A DNA stretch of 64,000 bases from Pirellulales bacterium (GTDB taxonomy: Bacteria; Planctomycetota; Planctomycetia; Pirellulales; PALSA-1355): assembly GCA_963733035.1 (NCBI GenBank), contig CAVTBU010000004.1, positions 256,001-320,000 of the forward strand, in the 5' to 3' direction. The position numbers and the translations under genes were made by a program. Below the pieces are notes generated by a model. That model was not told the DNA's origin and did no database searches. It saw nothing but the letters and a program-made list of their open reading frames with translations. Positions within the stretch are counted from its first letter, which is position 1; every line of letters starts with the position of its first letter. Positions 28,422 through 39,408 of the stretch are shown here, in pieces.

Positions 28422-28513
28422 ATCGTGGCGATGCACAGTGACAGAACGCAGACGGTGCGCGTCGACATAGGGGCTGCTCCGCCAGAAGAATGCAAGCGGG
28501 GGGCCCAACCAGG

Positions 28514-29572
28514 ATGAACGTTCGCGTCAGCGTTGCGGAACTCCGCAATTTCGTTGTCGAAGCACTCCTTGTCGTTGGGATGCGGAAGCACGACGCGCAG
28601 ACCGTCGCAGAGGCGTTGGTTTCGACCGACGGAATGGGGGTGTTCACCCATGGCACAAAGCTGTTGACGGGTTACATCAAGAAGTTACAGGGCGGCGGCT
28701 ATCGGACGCAGGCGGCACCGTCCATCGAACGTGAAGGAGCGGGCTGGGCCGTCGTCGATGGCGACTCCGGGCTGGGACAAATCGGCGCGGACTTCGCACT
28801 TCGCCTGGCCACGAAGAAGGCGCGCGCCGTGGGTATCGGGTTTGTCGGGCTGCGCAACACGGGCCATATTGGCGCGGCCGGCTACTTCGCCGCACTTGGT
28901 GCGCGCGAGCGATTTGTGACCATGATTACGGGCAATGACATTCCGTCGGTTGCCGCACCAGGTTCACGAGGCCCAGTGCTTGGCAGCAACCCGCTAGCAT
29001 ACGCGGTGCCCGTGCCGAATGGTGAACCCATCTTACTGGACATCGCGACAGCCGCCGTCGCCGGCGGCAAAGTCTACGCTGCGCACCAAAGAGGCGAGGC
29101 GATCCCTCCCAATTGGCTCGTTGGGCAAGATGGTCAACCCACATGTGATGGAAGCCTTTATCCCTCCGAAGCTTGCTTGGCGCCGATGGCCGGCCACAAA
29201 GGTTACGGCCTGGGACTGTGGTGCGAGATCCACTCGGGCGTTCTTCCAGGTGGCCACACAACATGGCAGATCGGCAGTTGGATGTTTGATCCCCCTTCAA
29301 AACCGTCATGGCACAACGCCTCGTTCATCGCCATCGATGTCGATGCGATAACACCACCGGCGGAGTTTAATGAACGCATTGGCCGGCTCATCGACGAGAT
29401 TCACGCCACACCCCCTGCGGTAGACACCGAACGGGTCATGCTGCCAGGAGAGAGGGAGTGGACGAATCTTCGACGCGCGAATCTCGATGGCATTTTATTG
29501 CCCGCGGATGTCGCGGAAAAGGCGCGAGAAGCTGCTCATCTGACAGGCTTGTCGGTTGCCTGGCTGAACTAG
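28514..29572 (+). CDS. Ldh_2 family oxidoreductase (malate/L-lactate/sulfolactate/ureidoglycolate dehydrogenase-like)
   Basis: GVFTHG, VDGDSGLGQ, HIGAAGYF, GSNPLAYA, LDIAT, GHKGYGL, MLPGERE. Confidence 0.88.
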   Translation: MNVRVSVAELRNFVVEALLVVGMRKHDAQTVAEALVSTDGMGVFTHGTKLLTGYIKKLQGGGYRTQAAPSIEREGAGWAVVDGDSGLGQIGADFALRLATKKARAVGIGFVGLRNTGHIGAAGYFAALGARERFVTMITGNDIPSVAAPGSRGPVLGSNPLAYAVPVPNGEPILLDIATAAVAGGKVYAAHQRGEAIPPNWLVGQDGQPTCDGSLYPSEACLAPMAGHKGYGLGLWCEIHSGVLPGGHTTWQIGSWMFDPPSKPSWHNASFIAIDVDAITPPAEFNERIGRLIDEIHATPPAVDTERVMLPGEREWTNLRRANLDGILLPADVAEKAREAAHLTGLSVAWLN

Positions 29573-29719
29573 CTATTGAGAGACTCCAGGTACCTTGAGA
29601 CACTACGAAGTTCGACCGCTTTCGCGATTCAGATTACGCGGCACTTCCAACTTGCTTACATCAGATTCCGTGAGATTGGCGAATTTCCAGTGTCTTGACG
29701 TTTTTGCACCAACAAAATT

Positions 29720-31528
29720 TTAGCGGTCACCTGACTCAGTGACCGATTCAGTTTGCGACAGCTGCACTGGCCAACCGAGCACTCGTTGCAAGCGGAACTG
29801 CGCGGTGTTGTAGTCGACTAGTGCTCGGAGGTACTCGCGACGGGCCTGGTCGAGTGCCTGGATGGATTGCAGGGTTTCGATCGGCAATCCTTGCAAATCA
29901 TGGACGCGACGCAAGTTTCGCTGAAAGGAAGCAACCGCACGCTCGACGGCTTGCTGAGAGATCCCGATTTGCCGATGTCGGGCTTGAACTTGGGCGTGGG
30001 CTTCGACAATCTCACGAGCGACCTTGTTCAGCACTCGGGTTTGCTCGAATTGCATCTGGTCGTAGCGGGCGCGAGCTTCGCGCCGTGCCGCATATTCACC
30101 GATCCCCATGCTGCGTACCTGCCAGTACGCAATGGCATCCAAATCGAACCGGCCCGAGGTGTTGTTGATCTGGCTGCCGCGGCCGCCGCCAAAACCCGCG
30201 TAGCTCGACCCCATGAGCACGTTCGGAAGCCAAGGCGACGTCTTTTCTAGTCGGTATCGGTGAACCGTTTCAGCCACGAGGTGTTGCACTTCAGCCAATT
30301 CAGGTCGATTCGTCAGTCCAGTCGGCACCAGGCTCTCAAGGGACGTCTCGAGAGGCACTAAATCAATCGGAGCGATGGCTGGCTCCAACGGCCGCAGTAT
30401 GAGGTAAGGACTGTCATTGAATAGCTCGACGACTCGAGCCGACGCAACTTGAATTTCTTCCTCGGCTCGGACGACTTCATTCTGGCGAATTGACAGCTCG
30501 GTCGCGGCTCGGTCAGCATCAGCTTCAGTTCCTTCTCCGGCGCGGGCAAAGTCGTCCGTGGCCTTGGCCAACTCTTCGGCGTGGAGTCGCGTGTTCAAGG
30601 CAATCGCGCGCAACTGGTGAGCACGCAACAGGTCCAAATACGCTAGCGCCGTTTCCAATAGGAGATCGTTGATTCTTGTCCGCACGGCCGCGTCGCGCAC
30701 GGCTGCCGCGCGGTTGGCGATCTTCGGCTGAAAGATCGCGTCTGCCGCATGAAAATTGGCAAACAGACCAGGCACAACCGGTGAACCTGCACCAATTGTC
30801 TGCACGCCGAGACCAGCCGTCAGCGAGCTGCGACTGACGTTGCTTACTAGTCCGTCGGTGGCCTGTATCGGGCCCGCATGGTTGTTCCAGCCCACGCCCG
30901 CATTGATGGCCGGCAACCACAACACGCGGGCGGCAATTAGACGCGCGTAGGCCTCGGCGTAGCGTTGGCTGGCAAAGCCAACCTCTGGATTACGGCCAGC
31001 CACTGATGCCAGAATATTGGCCATCGTCACGTCGCGAACATTGGCATCCATCGTTGGAGCGTCAGGAGTTGTCCACACGGCCTCTGGTGAAACAATTGCA
31101 TCGTCCGACGGAACGACTTCACTTGAAGCGTGAGAGTCTCGCCGCGATGATTGTCCTGGCTGCGGAAGCGGCTCTTGCGCAGACGCCAACTTGACGACGT
31201 GCCTAAGCGGCCCGCCAGCAATTGCTGTGGACGAATGTCCGGCAGCGTTGTGCGGCGCGACGTCCGCACTTGTCGCCGGACCAACGCCTGATGACGTCAG
31301 GGGCAACAAAACGGGCGGAAGCCGCATGAGCTTTGGCGAAGTGTTGTCGCAGACAGACACCTCGGTTGGTTTGGCGCGTGGCGGCATACCCAACGCGCAC
31401 GCGGTGACCAAACCCGCATTGCGGCTTGCCGCGCAACCGCCGCCGCAGGCAATTGCGGTGATGACCAAGACCAAAAGATATCGTGATGGACCCTGGGCGA
31501 TCACCCGCAGCCCCCCAAGAAACGACAT
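29720..31528 (-). CDS. TolC/OEP family outer-membrane efflux protein
   Basis: Lipoprotein-like N-terminus, NPEV, ALAYLDL, NRPEL, YNTAQFRLQRVLG; divergent from the RND genes; start uncertain. Confidence 0.82.
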   Translation of the reverse strand: MSFLGGLRVIAQGPSRYLLVLVITAIACGGGCAASRNAGLVTACALGMPPRAKPTEVSVCDNTSPKLMRLPPVLLPLTSSGVGPATSADVAPHNAAGHSSTAIAGGPLRHVVKLASAQEPLPQPGQSSRRDSHASSEVVPSDDAIVSPEAVWTTPDAPTMDANVRDVTMANILASVAGRNPEVGFASQRYAEAYARLIAARVLWLPAINAGVGWNNHAGPIQATDGLVSNVSRSSLTAGLGVQTIGAGSPVVPGLFANFHAADAIFQPKIANRAAAVRDAAVRTRINDLLLETALAYLDLLRAHQLRAIALNTRLHAEELAKATDDFARAGEGTEADADRAATELSIRQNEVVRAEEEIQVASARVVELFNDSPYLILRPLEPAIAPIDLVPLETSLESLVPTGLTNRPELAEVQHLVAETVHRYRLEKTSPWLPNVLMGSSYAGFGGGRGSQINNTSGRFDLDAIAYWQVRSMGIGEYAARREARARYDQMQFEQTRVLNKVAREIVEAHAQVQARHRQIGISQQAVERAVASFQRNLRRVHDLQGLPIETLQSIQALDQARREYLRALVDYNTAQFRLQRVLGWPVQLSQTESVTESGDR

Positions 31529-31870
31529 GCTAGCACCCAAGCGGACGCGATCGAGATTGCTTTGTTGAGCATCGGCGGGCGGGTTTACACGGATGTAACG
31601 ATTTTGCCGGACACAAAACGCTACAAAGTTGCGGGCCTTGTACCGGCCACCACTGACGAATGGTGAGAATGATGCGTAAACAGCTTGCTCGACACCGCTT
31701 AAGGCGTCCAAGTTGGCAATGACAAGATGCCGCATACATGCAGCTAGCACTGCACTATTAGCGACTTCTAATTTTCGGCTAATTGCGGCAACTCAGGCGT
31801 CAGACAAGGATTGCGGGTGGGAATCGGATCGCTCGTCGCCGGCCACTTCTTCCTTGTCGAGGTTACAAGC

Positions 31871-34800
31871 GTGCAGTTCGTCATTACCACCGCCCTGCGC
31901 CGCCCCTTTACCGTGATGGTGCTGGTGTTGGCGATCGTCTTGGGCAGCTTTATGGCTGTGGGCGGGTCGGTGTTCGAACATTTCGGGCTGCCCTATCCAA
32001 AGGGCCTGCCTCGCGGCATGGAGGTCGATATTTTTCCCAGCCTGAACCTGCCGGTGATCTATGTCTGCCAGCCATATGGCGGCATGGACCCGGCACAGAT
32101 GGAAGGGTTTCTGACCAACTACTATGAGTACCACTTCCTCTATATCAGCGGCATCCACCACGTCGAATCGCGAAACGTGCAAGGCACTGCCTTGATGAAG
32201 GTCTATTTTCATCCAGGCACCGACATGGCGCAGGCGATGGCCGAGACGATCAACTACGTCAACCGCTCGCAAGCGTTCATGCCGCCGGGAACGGTCTCGC
32301 CCTTTGTAATGCGATTCGATACCGGCAGCGTCCCAGTCGGCTACCTGGTGCTTTCGAGCGACACGCGGAGCATTGCCGAGATTCAAGACCTGGCTTTGTT
32401 TCGGGTGCGTCCCATGTTCGCGGCATTGCCCGGAGTATCCGCACCGCCTCCGTTCGGCGGCAGTGCACGGACGATTGTCGTCATGGTCGATCCGCAACGG
32501 TTGCAGTCTTACGGGATGTCCCCGGAAGAAGTGGTCACGGCGCTGACCAACGGCAATACGATCAGCCCCTCGGGCAACCTGTTGGTAGGCGACAAGTACC
32601 CGGTTGTCGCCGTGAACAGTGCTGTCAAGGACCCAGCTACGCTCCTGACCATTCCGATCCGTACTGGCCAGGACCCGGTTTACATTCGAGACGTCGGCTA
32701 CGTGAACGATTCCGCCGATGCGCCAGCCGGCTACGCGCTGGCCAACGGCCGGCGAGCCGTGTATATCCTGGCGACGAAACGTGCGGATGCGTCGACGATG
32801 AGCGTCATCAGCAATATCAAGCGGGCATTGCCGGAAATGCAGTCGGTTCTGCCTGACGACATCAAGGTGAGCTTCGAGTTTGACCAGTCTCCCTATGTCA
32901 CGCGCGCCGTGAGTTCCGTGGTTCTTGAAGGGGCAATGGGCGCTCTCCTCGTGGGACTTGCAGTGCTGGTCTTCCTACGCGATTGGCGCAGCGCGCTGGT
33001 GGTCGTACTAAACATTCCTTTGGCCTTGTGCTGCGCTGTCATGGCTCTCTGGTTGTCGGGCGAGACGATCAACGTGATGACGCTTGGCGGCCTGGCACTT
33101 GCGATCGGCATCCTCGTGGACGAAGCCACGGTGGAAGTTGAGAACATCCACACGCAAATGATGCGTACCGACTCGATTGCGCTGGCCGTCCGCTTGGGCA
33201 ACGCCCAAACTGCCGTGCCTCGATTGCTGGCAATGCTTTGCATTCTGGCGGTCTTCATTCCGGCATTCTTCATGCACGGTGCCGCCCAACGACTATTCAC
33301 GCCACTGGCACTGGCTGTCGGGTTCGCCATGATCGGCTCGTATTTACTGTCAAGCACCTTCGTGCCGGTCGTCAGCGTCTGGCTGCTGCGGCATGCACAC
33401 GTTGCAGAAGACGAAGACACGTCGATCCTCGCTCGGCTGCGGAAGCGATACGAAGTGCTTTTATCGAAACTTGTCGCTGCGCGGTGGCTCATATTGTCGG
33501 CATACGCCGTGACTGCGCTCGTGATCATCGGGTGGCGCGGTCCGCGGATGGGACAAGAAATCTTTCCCGTAGTGGATGCGGGACAGTTTCGCTTGCGTAT
33601 TCGCGCGCCCGACGGCACGCAGATTGCTCGGTCAGAACAATATGCTCGTGACGTGCTGGATCTGGTCACCCAGGAGGTCGGAGCAGACAACGTCAAATTG
33701 ACGCTCGGCTATGTCGGGATGATTCACTCGAATTTTCCGGTGAACGCCGTCTATCAATGGTCGCGCGGGCCGGAGGAAGCCATCCTGTACGTCGAGCTCG
33801 ACGACGAAGGTGGCGTCAACGTCGAGGAACTTAAGGAAGCACTCCGGACGCGCGTTGCAGAGACCATGCCAGAATTGCGAGTATCCTTCGAGCCATCGGA
33901 CATCGTCAATGAGGTGATGAGTTTTGGCTCACCCACTCCGATCGAAATCGCCGTGAGCGGACCGGATCTGGCCGATAGCCGCGACTTTGCCGGGAAACTC
34001 CGCGGTGAGTTGTCAAAGATCTCATCGCTCCGCGACGTGCAGTTTGGACAGTCGATGGATTACCCCACGATCGAGGTTGAAGTCGATCGCGAAAAAGCCG
34101 GCCTAGCGGGATTAACTCCGCTCGATGTGTCGCGCGCCTTGACGATGGCAACGTCTTCAAGCCGCTTCGTCGTGCCCAATTATTGGGCTGACCCGAAGTC
34201 GGGCATCGCCTACCAGGTGCAAGTCGAAGTCCCGCGGCCGGTGCTTCGCTCGCCGGACGACCGAGTACAAACCGTCAACTCCGCCGACGACCTGGCCCTG
34301 CTTCCCGTGGGCAATTCGCAAGGTGAGCAGGTCCTGGTGCGCGACGTGTCGCGCATCGAGTCGGGCACCATGCCCGGACAGTTCGACCGGTACAACATGC
34401 GGCGCCAAGTGAGCATCACAGCCAACATCTTTGACCAAGACCTGGGAAGCGTGGCCGACGAAGTTCAAGCTGCCATCCAACGTGCGGGCGAACCTCCCGG
34501 CGGCGCCAAGATCGAAGTTCGAGGCCAGATCGTTCCAATGGACGAGATGATGAGCGGGCTGTTGGTCGGATTTGTAGTCGCCATCCTGGTGGTCTTTCTG
34601 GTTTTGACGGCCAACTTTCAATCCGTGCGACTGGCTTTGACGGCAATATCCACCGTACCGGCGGTCATCGTCGGCGTGCTGGTTATGTTGTCGCTGACCG
34701 GCACGACCCTGAACATTCAATCTTTTATTGGGGCCATCATGGCCATCGGCGTCGCCATGGCGAACGCGATATTGTTGATCACGTTCGCCGAGCACACGCG

Positions 34801-35137
34801 TCGCGAAGGGCACAGCGGAGCAGATGCTGCTGTCGTTGGAGCGTCGAGCCGAATGCGGGCGGTACTTATGACCAGTTGCGCGATGATCGGTGGGATGCTA
34901 CCGATGGCGCTCGGCTTGGGCGAGGCCGGTCAGCAGAATGCTCCTTTAGGTCGGGCCGTGGTCGGCGGTTTGTTGGCCGCCACGGTGGCCACGCTCCTGA
35001 TTCTGCCAAGCATTTTCGCGATCATACAAGGTCGGGCCCAAACCGCTTCCGCCTCGCTGGACCCAACCGATCCGCACAGTCCGCAATTCACGCCTCAGGC
35101 AGCCAACCTGTTGGCTGGCGTCGGAGACCAGGCATGA
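31871..35137 (+). CDS. RND efflux permease (AcrB/CusA superfamily)
   Basis: VDIFPSLNLP, FDQS, IPL, GGLALAIGILVDEATVEVEN, SRMRAVLMTS..MI.GMLPMAL, APLGRAVVGG. Confidence 0.93.
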   Translation: MQFVITTALRRPFTVMVLVLAIVLGSFMAVGGSVFEHFGLPYPKGLPRGMEVDIFPSLNLPVIYVCQPYGGMDPAQMEGFLTNYYEYHFLYISGIHHVESRNVQGTALMKVYFHPGTDMAQAMAETINYVNRSQAFMPPGTVSPFVMRFDTGSVPVGYLVLSSDTRSIAEIQDLALFRVRPMFAALPGVSAPPPFGGSARTIVVMVDPQRLQSYGMSPEEVVTALTNGNTISPSGNLLVGDKYPVVAVNSAVKDPATLLTIPIRTGQDPVYIRDVGYVNDSADAPAGYALANGRRAVYILATKRADASTMSVISNIKRALPEMQSVLPDDIKVSFEFDQSPYVTRAVSSVVLEGAMGALLVGLAVLVFLRDWRSALVVVLNIPLALCCAVMALWLSGETINVMTLGGLALAIGILVDEATVEVENIHTQMMRTDSIALAVRLGNAQTAVPRLLAMLCILAVFIPAFFMHGAAQRLFTPLALAVGFAMIGSYLLSSTFVPVVSVWLLRHAHVAEDEDTSILARLRKRYEVLLSKLVAARWLILSAYAVTALVIIGWRGPRMGQEIFPVVDAGQFRLRIRAPDGTQIARSEQYARDVLDLVTQEVGADNVKLTLGYVGMIHSNFPVNAVYQWSRGPEEAILYVELDDEGGVNVEELKEALRTRVAETMPELRVSFEPSDIVNEVMSFGSPTPIEIAVSGPDLADSRDFAGKLRGELSKISSLRDVQFGQSMDYPTIEVEVDREKAGLAGLTPLDVSRALTMATSSSRFVVPNYWADPKSGIAYQVQVEVPRPVLRSPDDRVQTVNSADDLALLPVGNSQGEQVLVRDVSRIESGTMPGQFDRYNMRRQVSITANIFDQDLGSVADEVQAAIQRAGEPPGGAKIEVRGQIVPMDEMMSGLLVGFVVAILVVFLVLTANFQSVRLALTAISTVPAVIVGVLVMLSLTGTTLNIQSFIGAIMAIGVAMANAILLITFAEHTRREGHSGADAAVVGASSRMRAVLMTSCAMIGGMLPMALGLGEAGQQNAPLGRAVVGGLLAATVATLLILPSIFAIIQGRAQTASASLDPTDPHSPQFTPQAANLLAGVGDQA

Positions 35138-36462
35138 ACAACATTTACGTCACAGTCAGCGCCTATTTGTCGCTGTCAGTACTGTTCGCCGCGACAACAG
35201 GCTGCGGTCAAGGCCCACCCGCGGCGAGGCAGGATAACGGCACTGCCGCCTTGGAACGTGTCGTCGTGGGCAAACCAGTGCGCAAGATTCTCACGCTTTC
35301 CACAACGCAGCCCGGCCGGATCGAGGCATTTGAAGAAACGCCGCTCTTTGCGAAAGTGGCAGGCTACGTTGACAATGTCTTGGTGGATATCGGCGACACC
35401 GTGAGGAAGGACCAAACGCTGGTCAAGCTTTCGATTCCCGAACTGGTGGACGAACTGGCACAAAAGGAAGCACTCGTCGCTCAAGCAGAGGCTGAACTCG
35501 AACAGTCCAAATCGGCTATCTCCGCCACAATCGCAGCTGCCGAAACAGCGGAGTCTAGAATTGAAGAGGCCGACGCCGGGACAGCCCGCGCCCAGGCGGA
35601 TCACAAACGCTGGGAATCCGAGCACGCGCGGATCCAGGAACTCGCGGCCAAAGGGTCGGTGAGCAAGAAATTGGAAGAGGAAACGCTGAATCAACTGCGA
35701 TCCGCAGAGGCCGCAATCCGAGAGGCCACGGCTAGGGTGCGATCCGCCAGAGCAGCTCACTTCGAAGCGCAGGCCAATGTGCGAAAGGCTCGCGCCGATC
35801 AAGGTGCCGCCGAGGCTCGGCTGCGAGTTGCCAATGCCGAGTTGGCCCTCGCGAATACCATGCTGGCCTACACCGAAATTAGAGCTCCTTACGATGGCGT
35901 TGTCACGAGCCGCGACGTGGTTACGGGCCATTTTGTCCACCCGGCCAGCGCGGGCGAAAGCAGACCGCTCATGGCCGTCGCGCGGACGGACAAAGTGCGT
36001 ATTTTCGTAGACGTGCCGGAAATGGAATCGCCTTACGTCGACGCCGACGATCCGGTCCAGGTAAAGGTCCAGGCTCTGCCCGCAAGGGAGTTTGACGCGA
36101 CCGTAGTCCGCACCAGTTGGTCGCTGCTGGAGGTCAATCACTCGCTCAGGGCCGAGGTCGACGTGCTGAACTCCCACGGATTGCTGCGGCCGGGCATGTA
36201 TGCCGCGGTGACGATCCGTCTCGATGAACGGCCCGACGTCCTTACATTGCCGGCAGTTTCGATCGTGCGGAGCGGCCAGGAAACATACTGCATTGGCGTC
36301 GTCTCAGGTAAGATTGAAAAGAGACCCGTTCAACTGGGGCTTCGTAGCGGCAGCGACGTGGAGGTACTTTCCGGTCTCGATGCCGAATCCGAAGTTGTAC
36401 TGAAAGAACCTGAGAGACTGCGAGCAGGACAACACGTACTTCGCACTCCGGCGGCGAAATGA
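35134..36462 (+). CDS. RND periplasmic adaptor (membrane fusion protein)
   Basis: KVAGYV..V.VDIGD.V, long coiled coil, IRAPYDGVVT, LRPGMYA; ATGA overlap with the permease. Confidence 0.9.
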   Translation: MNNIYVTVSAYLSLSVLFAATTGCGQGPPAARQDNGTAALERVVVGKPVRKILTLSTTQPGRIEAFEETPLFAKVAGYVDNVLVDIGDTVRKDQTLVKLSIPELVDELAQKEALVAQAEAELEQSKSAISATIAAAETAESRIEEADAGTARAQADHKRWESEHARIQELAAKGSVSKKLEEETLNQLRSAEAAIREATARVRSARAAHFEAQANVRKARADQGAAEARLRVANAELALANTMLAYTEIRAPYDGVVTSRDVVTGHFVHPASAGESRPLMAVARTDKVRIFVDVPEMESPYVDADDPVQVKVQALPAREFDATVVRTSWSLLEVNHSLRAEVDVLNSHGLLRPGMYAAVTIRLDERPDVLTLPAVSIVRSGQETYCIGVVSGKIEKRPVQLGLRSGSDVEVLSGLDAESEVVLKEPERLRAGQHVLRTPAAK

Positions 36463-36491
36463 TCGTTGTTGCGTCACAAGAGAATTGCCAA

Positions 36492-37169
36492 ATGGTCCGG
36501 TTACTCGTCATTGAAGATCAGCCAAAGCTGCGGCGCAATCTGCAAGAAATGCTTCAGAACGATGGCCATCACGCGGTCACTGCCAGTACTGGCGAAGAGG
36601 GGTTCTACCTGGCGACGACGCAGTCATTCGACGGAATGATTCTCGACTTGTCGCTGCCGGGCCGCGATGGAATGGAAGTCCTAACGGATTTACGCAGCGC
36701 CGGTTTCGATAAGCCGATTCTCATCGTTACGGCCCGGGATGGCGTCAATGACCGGGTTTCAGGCCTCGACGGCGGCGGCGACGACTATCTGGTTAAGCCC
36801 TTCGCCCAGGCTGAGTTGTTGGCCCGCGTTCGAGCACTGTTGCGGCGCAGTACAAGCGATGCCGCAGTGACCTTGCGGTGTGCCGACGTCGAAGTTGACC
36901 TCTTGCGCCGCCGCGTCGTCCGCAACGGTACGGAACTTGAGCTAAGCCAGCGAGAGTTCGAATTGTTGGAATACCTGCTGCGCCATAAGAATAGCAATGT
37001 TACCCGCGACATGTTGGCTCGCGACGTGTGGAAGGAACCCCACGGCGTATTGAGCAATGCAATTGAAGTGTGCGTCAATGGACTGCGGAGAAAAGTCGAA
37101 TTCTCCGACAGTGGACCACTGATTCAGACGATTCGCGGCGTCGGTTATACCGTGAGGGACCAGACTTGA
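36492..37169 (+). CDS. OmpR family response regulator (CusR/CzcR-like)
   Basis: LLVIED, ILDLSLPGRDG, GDDYLVKPF, LSQREFELL, IQTIRGVGY. Confidence 0.92.
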   Translation: MVRLLVIEDQPKLRRNLQEMLQNDGHHAVTASTGEEGFYLATTQSFDGMILDLSLPGRDGMEVLTDLRSAGFDKPILIVTARDGVNDRVSGLDGGGDDYLVKPFAQAELLARVRALLRRSTSDAAVTLRCADVEVDLLRRRVVRNGTELELSQREFELLEYLLRHKNSNVTRDMLARDVWKEPHGVLSNAIEVCVNGLRRKVEFSDSGPLIQTIRGVGYTVRDQT

Positions 37170-38587
37170 GTCGCTTGAGCATTCGCTGGCGAATCGCACT
37201 TTGGAACACGGCGGCCTTCGCCGTCATCCTGCTTGCCTTCGGGCTGGCAGTTTATTGTCTGCTTCGCAAAACGCACTACGATCAAGTCGACCGCCGCCTG
37301 CAGGCCCAATACAATAAAGTGGCCCAGCGCGATCGCGGCGGCTCCCAGTCAGGCGGCGAATTGCTGAGTTCCGGTAACAACCTGGCTTTTGTCATTGATG
37401 ACGGCGGTCAGGTTGTCGAGCACACGCCAACTTTGTCAAAGGCGGACATGGCTGTGGCCGCCTCGCCACGTGACTCCGCGCCTCGGTTTGACACCGCATA
37501 TTTGCCTACCGCCGGACATGTTCGTCGGCTGATCGGCAGGGTACCATCGTCGGCTTCACAAGGCACGATTGTGCTGATGGCACGGTTGGAACACGTCCAC
37601 GAAGAGCTCTGGGAAGTGATTCGTGCGCTCTTGATCACCGCTCCAATCACGCTGGGGGCTGCCGCGTCGCTCGCGTACTTCCTGGCGTACAAGGCGCTGT
37701 CGCCGGTCGATCATTTGCGGCAGATGACCGACGAAATCACCGCAGAACGGCTCGACCGCCGACTTCCGACACGAAATCCGGCCGACGAGCTCGGCCTGCT
37801 CGCGCAAACGATTAACTCGATGATCGCCCGGCTCGAACAATCGTTCAGCGAAATCCGACGTTTCACTTCTGACGCCTCGCACGAACTACGTACGCCATTG
37901 TCAATCATCCGCAGCGAGGCCGAGCTGGGAATGGCCACCAGCGACTGTCCGGACACGGCTCGAACGCGATTCGAGAGCATCGTCGAAGAATGCAATCGCC
38001 TGGCTAAGATGACAACGCAGCTATTGGTGCTCTGCCGCGAGGAAGCGGGCGTTGCGCAAATAGATCAACTACCCGTTCAATTGGGCGCGATCGTTTCTGA
38101 CTCGGTCGACGCGCGTCGAGGTCTTGCCGAAGCGAAGCGACAATCCTTGTCTGTCAATATTGAAGCCGACGTAATAGTGATCGGAAATGCTGACCGTTTA
38201 CGGCAAGTCGTGGACAACGTGCTGGAGAATGCGATCAAGTACACGCCTGAGGGCGGTCGCGTGAAAGTGACCCTGACCCGACAAAACGCGGACGCCGTGC
38301 TTTGCGTGCAGGACACTGGAATCGGCATCGATGCCGAGGACGTGCCGTCCATCTTTGATCGCTTTTTTCAAGCCGCCCAGGGAAGGCAGGACGCTGACGG
38401 CGCCGGCCTCGGCCTCAGCATCGTTAAGAGCATCGTGACTGCGCACCATGGTCGAATCGAGGTTCGAAGTGAACTCGACACGGGTTCGGTGTTTCGCGTT
38501 CTATTGCCTGCCTTCGACGTTGGCGCTTTGTCGCCCGACGATCGCAATACCATGGCAAACGGCAATCGAGCCCTGCCGAAGGAATAG
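37166..38587 (+). CDS. HAMP sensor histidine kinase (CusS-like)
   Basis: Two TM helices, HAMP (DELGLLA..IN.M), DASHELRTPL, NVLENAIKY, DTGIG, GAGLGL. Confidence 0.9.
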   Translation: MSRLSIRWRIALWNTAAFAVILLAFGLAVYCLLRKTHYDQVDRRLQAQYNKVAQRDRGGSQSGGELLSSGNNLAFVIDDGGQVVEHTPTLSKADMAVAASPRDSAPRFDTAYLPTAGHVRRLIGRVPSSASQGTIVLMARLEHVHEELWEVIRALLITAPITLGAAASLAYFLAYKALSPVDHLRQMTDEITAERLDRRLPTRNPADELGLLAQTINSMIARLEQSFSEIRRFTSDASHELRTPLSIIRSEAELGMATSDCPDTARTRFESIVEECNRLAKMTTQLLVLCREEAGVAQIDQLPVQLGAIVSDSVDARRGLAEAKRQSLSVNIEADVIVIGNADRLRQVVDNVLENAIKYTPEGGRVKVTLTRQNADAVLCVQDTGIGIDAEDVPSIFDRFFQAAQGRQDADGAGLGLSIVKSIVTAHHGRIEVRSELDTGSVFRVLLPAFDVGALSPDDRNTMANGNRALPKE

Positions 38588-38742
38588 CTAGTATTTCCCT
38601 ATTGGCCAGTATGAATTTGACACGGTGGGGACTGCGACGAAGGTGACTGGAAGTCCCCTACAGACGGCGCGAGAAGCCTTTTCTGCGGCAGGTTCCCATA
38701 CGACGTAGGCTTGGGGAAAGGGCGAGCAAAGTAGCGTGCGGC

Positions 38743-39408
38743 CTAGACGCGCAGCCAGGAACTACTGCGGGTCTGGCGGATTTCGCCGAGAATGCGATGG
38801 GTGATGGCCATCTCCACCAACTCTGCCAGCGACCGGGTTTGCAGCTTTTGCATAATGGCGGCACGACGCATCTCGACCGCCCGTTCTGAGATTTTCAACT
38901 TCGACGCGATCACCTTGTTCGGAGTGCCGGCCAAAAGCAACTGCAACGTTTCCTGTTCGCGTATCGTAAGTCGCCTGATCCGCTCGTCGATCGTCCCATA
39001 CTCCGATTGCTGCCGACGCCATTTGGCGTCCAGCGCGAGGGCTTTCTGAACGCGGTCGAGCAACAGCTCGCGCTCGAATGGCTTTTCCAGAAACTCGATA
39101 GCTCCGGTTTTCATGGCAGCCACGGCCATCGAGACGTCCGCGTGAGCCGTGATGAAAATCACCGGCAGTCGCTTGCCCTCGCGAATGAGTTGCTCATACA
39201 GCTCAAGACCATTCTGTTGGGGCATCTTGACATCGAGCACCAAGCACCCCGGCATGGAGGGATCATAGTACCGATGAAAGCTTTCCGCCGACGGAAACCC
39301 GCTCGCGACAAACTTCATTGCCCTAAGAAGCGCCGTCAGGGAGTCCAGCATTTGGCAGTCGTCGTCAACGACAAATACAGTCGGTCGATTGGTTGGCTTG
39401 GGAAACAT
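38743..39408 (-). CDS. FixJ/TtrR-type response regulator
   Basis: VFVVDDD, CLVLDVKMP, AIEFLEKP, LT.RE...NKVIA..L.ISERAVE.RR. Confidence 0.9.
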   Translation of the reverse strand: MFPKPTNRPTVFVVDDDCQMLDSLTALLRAMKFVASGFPSAESFHRYYDPSMPGCLVLDVKMPQQNGLELYEQLIREGKRLPVIFITAHADVSMAVAAMKTGAIEFLEKPFERELLLDRVQKALALDAKWRRQQSEYGTIDERIRRLTIREQETLQLLLAGTPNKVIASKLKISERAVEMRRAAIMQKLQTRSLAELVEMAITHRILGEIRQTRSSSWLRV

